Shown: piece by piece, positions 19,173 through 27,999 of the stretch
Layout of the letters: the number at the start of each line of letters is the position of its first letter
How positions within the stretch are numbered: the first letter of the stretch is position 1
Assembly (NCBI GenBank): GCA_009780375.1
Contig: WRAD01000001.1
Coordinates: 48,228-112,227 of the forward strand
DNA length: 64,000 bases
Origin: Bacillota bacterium
Lineage (GTDB): Bacteria; Bacillota; Clostridia; Christensenellales; UBA1242
Direction: 5' to 3'
Translations under genes and position numbers: made by a program
Notes under the pieces: generated by a model
What the model was told of the DNA's origin: nothing
What the model saw: only the letters and a program-made list of their open reading frames with translations
Database searches by the model: none

Positions 19173-19679
19173 ATGGATGATATAAATCAGTATCGTAAAC
19201 TTGTAATCACTGTTGTACGACACACTATATTTAAACTTGACGCTCATCCATCTCTAGGTGAAGAAGACCTTATCCAAGAGGGGTTAATTGCACTTCTGCG
19301 GGCAAAACAGACTTTTAAAGGCGATGGTGGGGCAAAGTTTGAAACTTATGCAAGTACATGTATTAGAAACCGACTTATTGATATCCTTCGTAAGGAATCT
19401 ACACAAATCCCCTCGAAATCAATAGGTGATGAAAATAACACCAAATATACCCAGTCCGACATAGATGCCGCAACTCGTAAAACCGAATTTTTAGAAAAGG
19501 AAGAGATATTAAAAACTGTGCTTAATACCTGTACAGACATAGAAAGGGCAATTCTTAACACATATCTTCAAGGATATTCATATACTGAAATTGCAAAGAT
19601 TTTTGAAATATCAAACAAAAAAATAGATAATACGATTCAAAAGATAAAACAAAAAATCAAACAAACAATACAAGAGTAA
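19173..19679 (+). CDS. Sigma-70 family RNA polymerase sigma factor (small, group 3/4-like)
   Basis: Region 2 (LIQEGLIALLRA...FETYASTCIRNRLIDILR) and region 4 HTH (YSYTEIAKIFEISNKKIDNTIQKIKQKI). Confidence 0.8.
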   Translation: MDDINQYRKLVITVVRHTIFKLDAHPSLGEEDLIQEGLIALLRAKQTFKGDGGAKFETYASTCIRNRLIDILRKESTQIPSKSIGDENNTKYTQSDIDAATRKTEFLEKEEILKTVLNTCTDIERAILNTYLQGYSYTEIAKIFEISNKKIDNTIQKIKQKIKQTIQE

Positions 19680-19696
19680 CAAACATACAATGACAT

Positions 19697-20263
19697 ATGA
19701 ATACATACGACATTCTGTTTGCCTCTTTTGTGCTTTTAATAGTTGTGTCCATTGATATATTCATGGTAGGCTTTTCGTATGGGGCAAATAAAACCAAAAT
19801 AGGTTGGCGACGATTGACTCTTGTATCTTTAATAGGCAACATAATTCTTGGCTCGGCATTAATATTTGGTTACTTCATAGTAAGATACATACAAGAAGAC
19901 GCGATAACATGGACGGTATTTACAATATTTATGCTTGTTGGTGTTATAAAACTTTGTTGTTGGATGGCATCAAATGCACTTGAACAAGAAACAAAGACAA
20001 GAACCCAGAATTGGAAAGAAACATTTTTACTTGCAACAATTCTTGCAATTGACGGTATAGGTATTGGTTTTGCAACAGGGCTTGATAAGATGACCTTGCC
20101 TTTTATGTTTATAATAATATCCATATCTTTCGTTTTTGATATATTTTTATTCAAGTTTGGTGAATACATTGGAAATAAACTTGCAACAAAAACCAAATAT
20201 AATCTTGGTTGGGTTAACGGGGCGATGTTTATTGCTCTGGCAATTTTGAATATCTTCATCTAA
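19697..20263 (+). CDS. DUF204-type membrane protein (YtaF / MntP-like)
   Basis: Six-TM protein with duplicated halves and the DIFMVGFSYG / DGIGIGFATG motifs typical of the MntP/YtaF family. Confidence 0.65.
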   Translation: MNTYDILFASFVLLIVVSIDIFMVGFSYGANKTKIGWRRLTLVSLIGNIILGSALIFGYFIVRYIQEDAITWTVFTIFMLVGVIKLCCWMASNALEQETKTRTQNWKETFLLATILAIDGIGIGFATGLDKMTLPFMFIIISISFVFDIFLFKFGEYIGNKLATKTKYNLGWVNGAMFIALAILNIFI

Positions 20264-20405
20264 AGTAGAATTTTTACATTGTACGTAACGTAATCAAAAC
20301 ATAATAAAAGCACAGCGAATATAAATCTTTAGCAGAGTCTCTCTTTTGTTGAAATGACTGAACAAACAATAAGAGTTTCTTTTGTGCACCAGATTTTTCT
20401 TTTGT

Positions 20406-22178
20406 TTATCTGCTTTTCTGAAAAACCCTTAAACCCCAAACAGCAGCAACATATGATAAAAGTGCAATAACCCCTGAAAGAATAACCCACCATTTTCCCT
20501 CGGGCAATAAAAACATAAGCCCAACAAGAAGTCCGCCTAAGCCCAAACCGACTCCAATAATCTTTACCATATTCCAAGTAAATCGCAATTGCAATCCTAG
20601 AAACTTCCATACAAAAAATATATTCAGTATGAACGCAATCGCAAAACAAAGTACATTACCAATCGATACCGCATAAATACCCATGCTTGTACGTATAAGT
20701 GCCATTTGAAACGCAATTTTCACAATACCACCCACAAGTATCGCAAACAAAGGCCATTTTGCTTTGCCTGCACCTTGTAACATACTTGTAAATATTTGAC
20801 TCAGACCCATTAATAAAATCATTGCACTTTCAATTTTTAAAAGATTTGTTGCAATTACAAGTTGAGCCTGGTTGTCTCTGAACGCCGCTTCGTAAAGAAG
20901 CAAAATAATTTGTCGTGCAAACACCATATAAAACAATGCAAAGAATAAAGTTATAATCACAGCCAATTTTATTGCAAGTGTGCTCTTGGATTGGAATTCT
21001 GCGGTATTACCTTTTTTAAGAAGTGATGCGGTCATAGGAACAACCGCCGTTCCAATAGCCATCCCTAAAACCGCAGGCATGTTTATAAGTGTGTGTACGG
21101 TGCCAGAAGATATACCATATAACTGGGTTGCTATTTTCACGCTTGTATCTGCGTTTGTTAACATTCTTACAACAACCAAACTGTCAAAAACCAAAATCAA
21201 TGGAAACACAGAAGCCATCAGGGTTATAGGCAAAGATTTTTTTACAATTAACCACATCAACTTCCAAGAGATGTATTTTTTAAAATGAGATTTTTTATTT
21301 GTTACAGGCACAGTAATCTGTCGTTTGCTTGCTGGCTTTTTGTTTTGCATCAAAAAACCTTCATGATTTGTTGTCTTCTTAAGTCTTTTTTTGTGAATTA
21401 AATAAAAAATAACTAGATATGCAAACCCTAATGCCTCGCTTGTCGTAACCGCCAGAATCGCCCCAAAAACAGCCCAATAGACACCAAGAGGGAAAAGTAC
21501 AATTGCCAAAGTAAGGCCTACACCAACTTTTACTACTTGTTCAACAATCTGGCTTGTTGCGGTTGGAATCATGTTTCTAAGCCCTTGGAAATAACCACGA
21601 AAAGCGGCTATGAGACAAACAAAAAACACCGCAGGGGCAATTGCCATGTAAATTTTGCCAATGCCAATATTTCCCTGAAGTCTTGCAATAGGAAAAGCAA
21701 TGCCAATAAATACACCCGACACCACAAGGCCAATAACCCCAAGCAGAATCAATGCATTAACAAGAATTTGTGTCGGAGTATAATCATCTCCATCTGTAAC
21801 TTTTTTTTTCTTTGTCGCTTTGGATATATCTATATCATTATCATTTTGTTTGGATTGGCTTGCCGCCACCATTCTGGATATTGCAACAGGTATGCCCGCA
21901 CTTGAAATAATTAAAAGAAGTGCATAGATAGGGAAAACCATCTGGTAGAGTCCCATGCCATAATTCTGTACAATGTTCGCAAGTGGAATTCGAAATGCAA
22001 TGCCAAGTAAACGACAAATAATTCCGGCCGCCGCCAAAGTAACCGCACCTGTTAAAAAGCCTTGACCTTTAAAAATTGCAAATAACCTAGAAACCTTGCC
22101 ATCCTTTTTTGTCTTTGATTTTCTATCCTTGGTTTTTTTTTTACCCGTTTCTTTGTCCCTTGTCTTTTGTTTTTTCAC
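20406..22178 (-). CDS. MOP-superfamily flippase (MurJ / SpoVB-like) with a Lys-rich N-terminal tail
   Basis: About 14 TM segments. The N-terminal core LLGIAFRIPLANIVQNYGMGLYQMVFPIY is typical of SpoVB/MurJ. Start tentatively set at GTG 22178, with TACACT 6 nt upstream. The TTG at 22229 lies inside a terminator-like hairpin. Confidence 0.8.
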   Translation of the reverse strand: MKKQKTRDKETGKKKTKDRKSKTKKDGKVSRLFAIFKGQGFLTGAVTLAAAGIICRLLGIAFRIPLANIVQNYGMGLYQMVFPIYALLLIISSAGIPVAISRMVAASQSKQNDNDIDISKATKKKKVTDGDDYTPTQILVNALILLGVIGLVVSGVFIGIAFPIARLQGNIGIGKIYMAIAPAVFFVCLIAAFRGYFQGLRNMIPTATSQIVEQVVKVGVGLTLAIVLFPLGVYWAVFGAILAVTTSEALGFAYLVIFYLIHKKRLKKTTNHEGFLMQNKKPASKRQITVPVTNKKSHFKKYISWKLMWLIVKKSLPITLMASVFPLILVFDSLVVVRMLTNADTSVKIATQLYGISSGTVHTLINMPAVLGMAIGTAVVPMTASLLKKGNTAEFQSKSTLAIKLAVIITLFFALFYMVFARQIILLLYEAAFRDNQAQLVIATNLLKIESAMILLMGLSQIFTSMLQGAGKAKWPLFAILVGGIVKIAFQMALIRTSMGIYAVSIGNVLCFAIAFILNIFFVWKFLGLQLRFTWNMVKIIGVGLGLGGLLVGLMFLLPEGKWWVILSGVIALLSYVAAVWGLRVFQKSR

Positions 22179-22200
22179 GAACCTAGTGTATGCAAAACAA

Positions 22201-22228
22201 AGAAAAAGCCTTGCATTACGCAAGGCCA
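22201..22228 (-). terminator. Terminator-like hairpin (GCCTTGC/GCAAGGC) with a T-run on the minus strand
   Basis: Minus strand reads GGCCTTGCgtaatGCAAGGCTTTTT. It overlaps the 5' end of the track ORF 20406..22229. Confidence 0.5.
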
Positions 22229-22329
22229 ACTCTTTTCATAACCCACACGACCTTTCTAATTCAAGAGTTAACCAAGTATATACCAAGTTTAGAATTCTGT
22301 CAAGTTGCCAAAAATTAGATTAAGGAGGT

Positions 22330-22605
22330 TTGATGAAAAAACAAGATTTTGTTAATCAATTATCAGAAAAAATTAACCTGCCAAAGAAAATAACAAACGA
22401 TATTGTGGACGAATTTTCCGCACTCATCATGCAATCGCTTAAAAGTGGTGACGAAGTTGGTCTGTCAATAGGAAAATTTCAACTTAAAAAGCGTGATGCT
22501 CGTATAGGTACAAATCCACTTACTGGTCAACGTATTGTCGTTGCACCAAAGGTTGTACCATCATTTAAACCAAGTAAAACATTCAAAACCGCTGTACTTG
22601 AATGA
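22330..22605 (+). CDS. hup: Histone-like DNA-binding protein HU
   Basis: Strong AAGGAGG SD, 91 aa. GKFQLKKRDARIGTNPLTGQRIVVAPKVVPSFKPSK matches the HU arm/beta-ribbon. Confidence 0.93.
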   Translation: MMKKQDFVNQLSEKINLPKKITNDIVDEFSALIMQSLKSGDEVGLSIGKFQLKKRDARIGTNPLTGQRIVVAPKVVPSFKPSKTFKTAVLE

Positions 22606-22683
22606 TATTTTTTTGCAGGGTGATTTTATTGTCGCCCGTTATAAATCTCAACGTAAACCAATAATTCAAGGAGACACAAAATA

Positions 22684-22899
22684 ATGTCCTGCCAAATAAT
22701 TCAATTCCCAGAAAGCGACACCGAGCCAAGTTTAGAATATGATCCATATCAAAATACACTCTTGTCAGAAGAAGATATTTTGAATTTGCTTGTAGGTGTA
22801 ATAAATCTAATAAAACGCTATGCGACGGTAACACAACTTGAATTTTTGCTTGATCGACTTGAAGATGTGCGAGAGGACTTGTTACAAGGATTCATATGA
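22684..22899 (+). CDS. Small acidic hypothetical protein
   Basis: AAGGAGA SD 7 nt upstream, 71 aa. No recognisable motif. Confidence 0.45.
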   Translation: MSCQIIQFPESDTEPSLEYDPYQNTLLSEEDILNLLVGVINLIKRYATVTQLEFLLDRLEDVREDLLQGFI

Positions 22900-23098
22900 C
22901 ACAGTTATGTTTTGCTGTGATCACTTTGCCGCTTTTATCAAATACTATACCTTCTTTCTCAAGTAATGTTCTCTGTTGCTGTTTACCGCCGAATGCAAAT
23001 GCAGGTGATAAACTTCCATTTTTGAAAACAACCCTGTGACATGGTATGACACCAGGTTCGGGGTTTTTGTGTAATGCGTATCCAACTTGCCTTAGTTC
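22892..23098 (-). pseudogene. ogt: Remnant of methylated-DNA-protein-cysteine methyltransferase (Ogt/MGMT), C-terminal 68 codons only
   Basis: Minus-strand translation is ELRQVGYALHKNPEPGVIPCHRVVFKNGSLSPAFAFGGKQQQRTLLEKEGIVFD..., carrying the PCHRVV active-site motif. An in-frame TAG lies immediately upstream and there is no start codon. Absent from the ORF track. Confidence 0.75.
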
Positions 23099-23103
23099 CT
23101 AGA

Positions 23104-24000
23104 CTATAAAACGATTGATGAAAGTATCCAAACAATCGTAACCGCAAATAGCGTATGAGTTATTTTATAAAGCAAATAAAACCAAAAACTCATTCCAAAC
23201 TTTCTAAAGAACAGATATCCTTGCATCCCAACCGAAAGGCCACCAAAAGTCAAAACTGCCGTCGGTACCAAAATACTTGTTGACAAGGGCACAGATACAA
23301 ACACCCCAACCGTCATTTCAAATATTGACGCCAAAATTGCACCTGCAACTTGTGACAAGCCCAAGACTGTATCAAGTTGTGCGGTTATTATATAAAATAA
23401 AACTATCATTCCACCAACCGAAAAGATGCTTTGCAATGCATTTTGTAATGTATTCGCAATGGTTGCACCTATGTCAATTTTTGCAACATCTTTGGCATAA
23501 TCTTTACCTGCATTAAAAGGAGAAATATTTTGTTGTTTTCTTTTGCCAAGTATTATATTGAACAATATTCCATTAGCGAGTGCACCCAAAATCATACCTG
23601 TAAAAACAATAACCCCACTCCAAGCACTTCCAAGTAATCCAACACCTACCGTTGCAATCACAAAAATTGGACTTACTGTACTTGTTGCCGTTGCCAATTT
23701 GATTGCCTTTACTCGGTTTATCTCGCCTTTTTGGTATAATTCCGACAATAATTTGGCACTTGTAGGAAAACCACTTGTATAACTTAAAAGCATTACTGTA
23801 CTTGTACGACCTCGCAAGCCTGCTTCTGTCATAAGCCCAGTTATGAAAAAGAAAGGAAATAATACAGGTAGAACGTTTCTTGCAAATAAATTAAAGCCAT
23901 TTCGACTTGCAAGAACAAAGCCAGACACATCGGCAAAGCAAAGTACGGCAAATCCAATACTTGCCGTCACCAAAAAAAACTTGCCAAAGTTACGTAACAT
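23104..24000 (-). CDS. Nucleoside-recognition/YlbJ-like integral membrane protein (short)
   Basis: Polytopic membrane protein resembling the sporulation protein YlbJ family (SGFPTSAKLLSELY), 298 aa. Confidence 0.55.
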   Translation of the reverse strand: MLRNFGKFFLVTASIGFAVLCFADVSGFVLASRNGFNLFARNVLPVLFPFFFITGLMTEAGLRGRTSTVMLLSYTSGFPTSAKLLSELYQKGEINRVKAIKLATATSTVSPIFVIATVGVGLLGSAWSGVIVFTGMILGALANGILFNIILGKRKQQNISPFNAGKDYAKDVAKIDIGATIANTLQNALQSIFSVGGMIVLFYIITAQLDTVLGLSQVAGAILASIFEMTVGVFVSVPLSTSILVPTAVLTFGGLSVGMQGYLFFRKFGMSFWFYLLYKITHTLFAVTIVWILSSIVL

Positions 24001-24010
24001 TGACCAATCT

Positions 24011-24583
24011 TTATGCAGGCAGACTCAAACAATAAACCCTTGCAAGGCCATATTTTTTTATCTTAACGTTAAAAAATGTCTCCCACTTTCCGATTATTTC
24101 TAAATCAAAATCTTTATTCGTCTCATACACTATAACAGAGCCAGAAGAAATCATTTGATTAGAGTATAAAAAATCAATTGCAATCATTCCAAAATCACTT
24201 TGATAAGGTGGATCCAAGAACACAACATCAAATTTTGGTATCTTTTTGCTTTTAATATAACCGCTTGCAAGTTCAAGCAATTTATAAAAATCCAAGTTAA
24301 AAACGTTAAAACAACGTTGTTTCACAGAATTTAAATTGCTTTTAATTATTTTAAACGCTTTCTCACAGTTGTCATTTGTAATAATCGATTTTGCACCACG
24401 GCTTGCTGCCTCTATTGAAAATATACCTGATCCGGCAAATAAATCAAGAACATGTGCCTCGCGTATTCTAGATCCTATAATATTGAAAATACTCTCACGG
24501 ACGCGGCTTGTTGTAGGCCTCGTCTCATTACTTGATATAAATTGGATCTTTTTTCCTCTAAACTTTCCGCCGATTATCTGCAT
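24011..24583 (-). CDS. rsmD: 16S rRNA (guanine966-N2)-methyltransferase RsmD
   Basis: N-terminus MQIIGGKFRGKKI...TRPTTSRVRESIFN, SAM motif LDLFAGSG, and the catalytic FLDPPY. Confidence 0.9.
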   Translation of the reverse strand: MQIIGGKFRGKKIQFISSNETRPTTSRVRESIFNIIGSRIREAHVLDLFAGSGIFSIEAASRGAKSIITNDNCEKAFKIIKSNLNSVKQRCFNVFNLDFYKLLELASGYIKSKKIPKFDVVFLDPPYQSDFGMIAIDFLYSNQMISSGSVIVYETNKDFDLEIIGKWETFFNVKIKKYGLARVYCLSLPA

Positions 24584-24589
24584 ATAAAG

Positions 24590-24598
24590 ATTATACCA
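24590..24598 (-). promoter_or_regulatory. Extended -10 (TGgTATAAT) 6 nt upstream of the rsmD ATG, overlapping the alr start codon
   Basis: Minus strand reads CATGGTATAATctttatATG. The TG comes from the complement of the alr ATG. Confidence 0.5.
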
Positions 24599-25704
24599 TG
24601 GGTAAGAAAAGCAATGACAACATAATATGTGTTAAAATCTCTGCAAAGACAATTCTCGAAAACATAAGAACCTTGAAAAAAAATCTTGAACCAAATGTGC
24701 AAATTTGTGCAGTAATTAAGGCAAACGCATATTCTCTTGGAGATGTAGAAATTGCAAAAATCTTACTTCCGTATGTGTCTTGTTTTGCGGTTGCTCATCT
24801 GGCAGAAGCAAAACGCCTTAGAGATGCAAACATAACCAACCAAATTCTTTTATTAGGTCCGTGCCAAGATTTTAAAAAAGCTCTTGACCTAGATTTAATG
24901 ATTTCAATTAACTCTGTCTCAGAGGCAAAAAACTGTGTTAAAGTAATCAATGAAATTCAAAAACAAAAATTGGAACCCTTGAATGTACATTGGCACATTA
25001 AAGTTAACACAGGTCTAAACCGTTTTGGTATTTCTGAATTAAACGATCTCCAGTCTATTCTTAATGTGGCAATCAAGTGTTCAAGTATAAAACTTGGGGC
25101 ACTATACACACATTTATCATATGACGAACAAAATACAAACGCTGTTAATGAACAACTTGAACGATTTGTTCCATTTAAAACACTCTTCAAACAATATGCA
25201 CAAAATGGAATTATTCATGCTGCCTGCAGCCATACTGCACATTATAACCCTGCACAATTCGATATGGTAAGAATAGGCAAGAGTTTTTACGGCGGATATC
25301 ATGGATACAAAACCGCATTAGATGTAAAAGCCAAAATCACAGCAACGCAAAATATAAAATCGGGCGAAAGGGTAGGATACAACGGAACTTTCCAAGCGAC
25401 CGAAAATATGAAAATCGGTGTAGTTGCTTGTGGATATGCCGATATAATGGATTGCAACTTTGCAAACAAAACATATGTTTATGTGGACGATGTAAAATGT
25501 AAAATAATCGGAAGGATTTGCATGGATGCTTTTATGATTGATGTAACACAGATAAAAAATCCAATGAATAAAATGGCAACAATAATTGCAAATAGGCCGG
25601 GCATAACAATAATGGAATTATGCGAAAAAAGTGATATAATTGCCTGCGACCTGTTTTGTGGCCTTAATTTCGGGCGAGCAAAATTGACATATACAAACAG
25701 GTAA
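24598..25704 (+). CDS. alr: Alanine racemase
   Basis: PLP-lysine region AVIKANAYSLG, about 368 aa, and the C-terminal beta-domain GRICMDAFMIDV. Confidence 0.9.
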   Translation: MGKKSNDNIICVKISAKTILENIRTLKKNLEPNVQICAVIKANAYSLGDVEIAKILLPYVSCFAVAHLAEAKRLRDANITNQILLLGPCQDFKKALDLDLMISINSVSEAKNCVKVINEIQKQKLEPLNVHWHIKVNTGLNRFGISELNDLQSILNVAIKCSSIKLGALYTHLSYDEQNTNAVNEQLERFVPFKTLFKQYAQNGIIHAACSHTAHYNPAQFDMVRIGKSFYGGYHGYKTALDVKAKITATQNIKSGERVGYNGTFQATENMKIGVVACGYADIMDCNFANKTYVYVDDVKCKIIGRICMDAFMIDVTQIKNPMNKMATIIANRPGITIMELCEKSDIIACDLFCGLNFGRAKLTYTNR

Positions 25705-25717
25705 CAGGGCAAGTTTG

Positions 25718-25746
25718 AAAAAAGCACCGTATGCGTGCTTTTGTTC
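25718..25746 (+). repeat. Solo 3' module of the dispersed repeat, acting as the alr terminator
   Basis: Sequence AAAAAAGCACCGTATGCGTGCTTTTGTTC. The 15-mer GCACCGTATGCGTGC is identical to the hairpin of copy C9 (59922-59936). Confidence 0.75.
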
Positions 25747-25748
25747 AA

Positions 25749-25818
25749 GTCTAAGAATTATCGCTAAATTTTTTGTACTAGGATCTCGGCTCTAATGCAC
25801 CTTTAGGTGCTTTTGCTC
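25749..25818 (+). repeat. Dispersed repeat copy C3 (full length)
   Basis: GTCTAAGAATTATCGCTAAATTTTTTGTACTAGGATCTCGGCTCTAATGCACCTTTAGGTGCTTTTGCTC. Confidence 0.9.
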
Positions 25819-25838
25819 AATTGAATTAAATAAAGATT

Positions 25839-26606
25839 TTATGACGCAAATACAAGATCAACACGAAGCCCGAGGTGTTCTGTTGAGATAAATACACGTT
25901 GGCGACAAGTGCTTAACATTGATGTTTCATCCGCTCCGAAGAGAAGATTGTTTCTCTCGGGTGTAACATTAGACCCAGATCTTACATCAAAAACCATAGT
26001 GCGATGGCCTGGGTTTTCTGCATTAATAAGCGTAAAGAAGCCGCGACTATGTGCAGATGTTGCTCCGTACCTTACAAATTCAAAATCTCCAAAAACGACT
26101 TGACGACGGTTCTGGTTGGCGTTTGCCCCTGTTGTTGCGCCATGGTTTACATAACGAACTTGGGTTGTTGTAAATACGATTGAATAATCTTCTCTGGCGG
26201 TTCTTTGTTGGTTTAAAAATGCCGCCATTGTTGTTGCATCAAAAGCCTCAAACGTAACCGTATAATCACGATCTGGGTTTGAATTTTCAATTTCTGTTCT
26301 GTATGTTGTCATTGCTGTGTTAATTGTGGCTGCACTGATGAGGTCTTCTGAATCAAACTCTATCACTAAAATACCTTCACCATATCCACTTCCTGTCGGT
26401 GTGCCCACAGTATCGGTATCAAGATAAAAAGTAAAAGTGTATGTGTATTCTACATGAACCCTCACTCCGTCTGCCTCGAATGTGCCACCAAAAACCGCCG
26501 GTGAATTGTTGTTGTCACGGAACATGAAAACACTTGCAATCATCAAACCAATAAGTGCCGCAAAAACAACCCCATAAACAATAAATCTTGTACGCTGTTG
26601 AGACAT
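25839..26606 (-). CDS. Hypothetical membrane-anchored (N-terminal TM) extracytoplasmic protein
   Basis: GGGAGG SD 5 nt upstream. N-terminal anchor FIVYGVVFAALIGLMIASVFMF. Confidence 0.6.
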   Translation of the reverse strand: MSQQRTRFIVYGVVFAALIGLMIASVFMFRDNNNSPAVFGGTFEADGVRVHVEYTYTFTFYLDTDTVGTPTGSGYGEGILVIEFDSEDLISAATINTAMTTYRTEIENSNPDRDYTVTFEAFDATTMAAFLNQQRTAREDYSIVFTTTQVRYVNHGATTGANANQNRRQVVFGDFEFVRYGATSAHSRGFFTLINAENPGHRTMVFDVRSGSNVTPERNNLLFGADETSMLSTCRQRVFISTEHLGLRVDLVFAS

Positions 26607-26714
26607 GTCAACCTCCCTAAATTATAGATACAACAATAATATTGAATAACCATCATTATGTCAAGCCATTAAAGTAAACAAATACCTATTAATTATCTAT
26701 ATTGAATAAACTGG

Positions 26715-26743
26715 TTGAAAAAAAAGCAAGAAATTTGTATAAT
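26715..26743 (+). promoter_or_regulatory. Promoter TTGAAA-17-TATAAT, with the metK ATG 6 nt after the -10 (leaderless)
   Basis: TTGAAA at 26715-20, TATAAT at 26738-43, ATG at 26750. No SD, and no room for a riboswitch. Confidence 0.6.
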
Positions 26744-26749
26744 TGAACA

Positions 26750-27961
26750 ATGAAATCAATTTTAACAAGCGAGAGTGTTAACATAGGTCACCCAGATAAA
26801 ACGTGTGATACAATTGCCGATGCTTTTTTAGACGAGGCATTACGTCAAGACCCAAACGCGCAAATGGCGGTTGAATGTGCAATAAAGGATGACCATCTTT
26901 TTATTTATGGTGAGGCAACCACAACCGCAAAGATAAATTATGCAAACATTGCCTGTAAAATTCTTGCAGACATAGGATATACAAATCCATTCAAAACCAT
27001 TGAAAAAATTTCAATGCAAAGCCCAGAAATCAACAAGGCTACACTGGGATTAAATAATGCATGTGGGAAAAAACTGTTATCTGATGCGGCAGACGTAGAC
27101 GAAGTCAAAGCTAACGATCAAGGCATAGTATATGGGTATGCCACAAACGAAACCCCAGAATTCATGCCACTTCCAATTATTCTTGCACATAAACTTATGA
27201 AACGGTATGAAGATTTTAGAAAGCAATATATCGCAAGCGATAAAAGCCCAATGCCTGGTGCGGCATCACGTTGGTTCTTTGCTGACGCGAAGAGTCAGGT
27301 TTCAATTGAATATAAAAACAATGTATCAACCAAAATTCACACTGTTTTGGTATCTGTATCTCATTCTGAAGACATAGATGATAATGCTTTGATTTATGAG
27401 ATAATTAAGCAAAATGTAGTGCAGCCGGTTCTTGCCGAGTATAAATCATTAATTAAAAATGACTATTCACTTATAATCAATCCATCGGGCAAGTTCACAA
27501 TATGGGGTTCACATTCCGACAGTGGTTGTGTCGGACGAAAAATTGTTGTCGATACATATGGCGGAATCGGGCGTATAGGCGGTGGATGCTTTTCTTCAAA
27601 AAACGCAACAAAGATAGATCGAAGTGGTGCATATTATGCAAGGTATGTTGCAAAAAACGTGGTGGCAAATGGCTTTTGTGATCGCGTTGAGGTAAGTGCA
27701 AGTTATGCAATAGGTTTAGCTGATCCACTCAAAATTAACATAGATACTTTTGGAACGCATGAAGGCAAAATGAAAGATGGCAAACCAGTCGAATTAAACG
27801 ATATTTATCACTTTGTAAATGATAACTTCTGTTTTCGTCCTGCAAGTATTATTAAAGAACTTGATCTATTAAAACCTATTTACCAGCCAACCGCCTGTTA
27901 TGGACATTTCGGAAGATCCGAGTTTCCGTGGGAGCAAATTAAAGCAATAAACAAGAGATGA
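26750..27961 (+). CDS. metK: S-adenosylmethionine synthetase
   Basis: Motifs SESVNIGHPDKTCD, GDQGIVYGYA and GGGCFSSKNATKIDRSGAYYARYVAKN. Confidence 0.93.
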   Translation: MKSILTSESVNIGHPDKTCDTIADAFLDEALRQDPNAQMAVECAIKDDHLFIYGEATTTAKINYANIACKILADIGYTNPFKTIEKISMQSPEINKATLGLNNACGKKLLSDAADVDEVKANDQGIVYGYATNETPEFMPLPIILAHKLMKRYEDFRKQYIASDKSPMPGAASRWFFADAKSQVSIEYKNNVSTKIHTVLVSVSHSEDIDDNALIYEIIKQNVVQPVLAEYKSLIKNDYSLIINPSGKFTIWGSHSDSGCVGRKIVVDTYGGIGRIGGGCFSSKNATKIDRSGAYYARYVAKNVVANGFCDRVEVSASYAIGLADPLKINIDTFGTHEGKMKDGKPVELNDIYHFVNDNFCFRPASIIKELDLLKPIYQPTACYGHFGRSEFPWEQIKAINKR

Positions 27962-27999
27962 ATGTTATTTTAAAAAAATTGGAATGGAGTCAATAGAAT

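Noticed and set aside
20329-20649. A 106-aa ORF overlapping the 3' end of the flippase gene on the same strand.
   Set aside because: It lies entirely within or adjacent to a well-supported conserved CDS in another frame. Its composition is Cys-rich and odd, and it has no SD or promoter pattern. It is treated as a spurious overlapping ORF.
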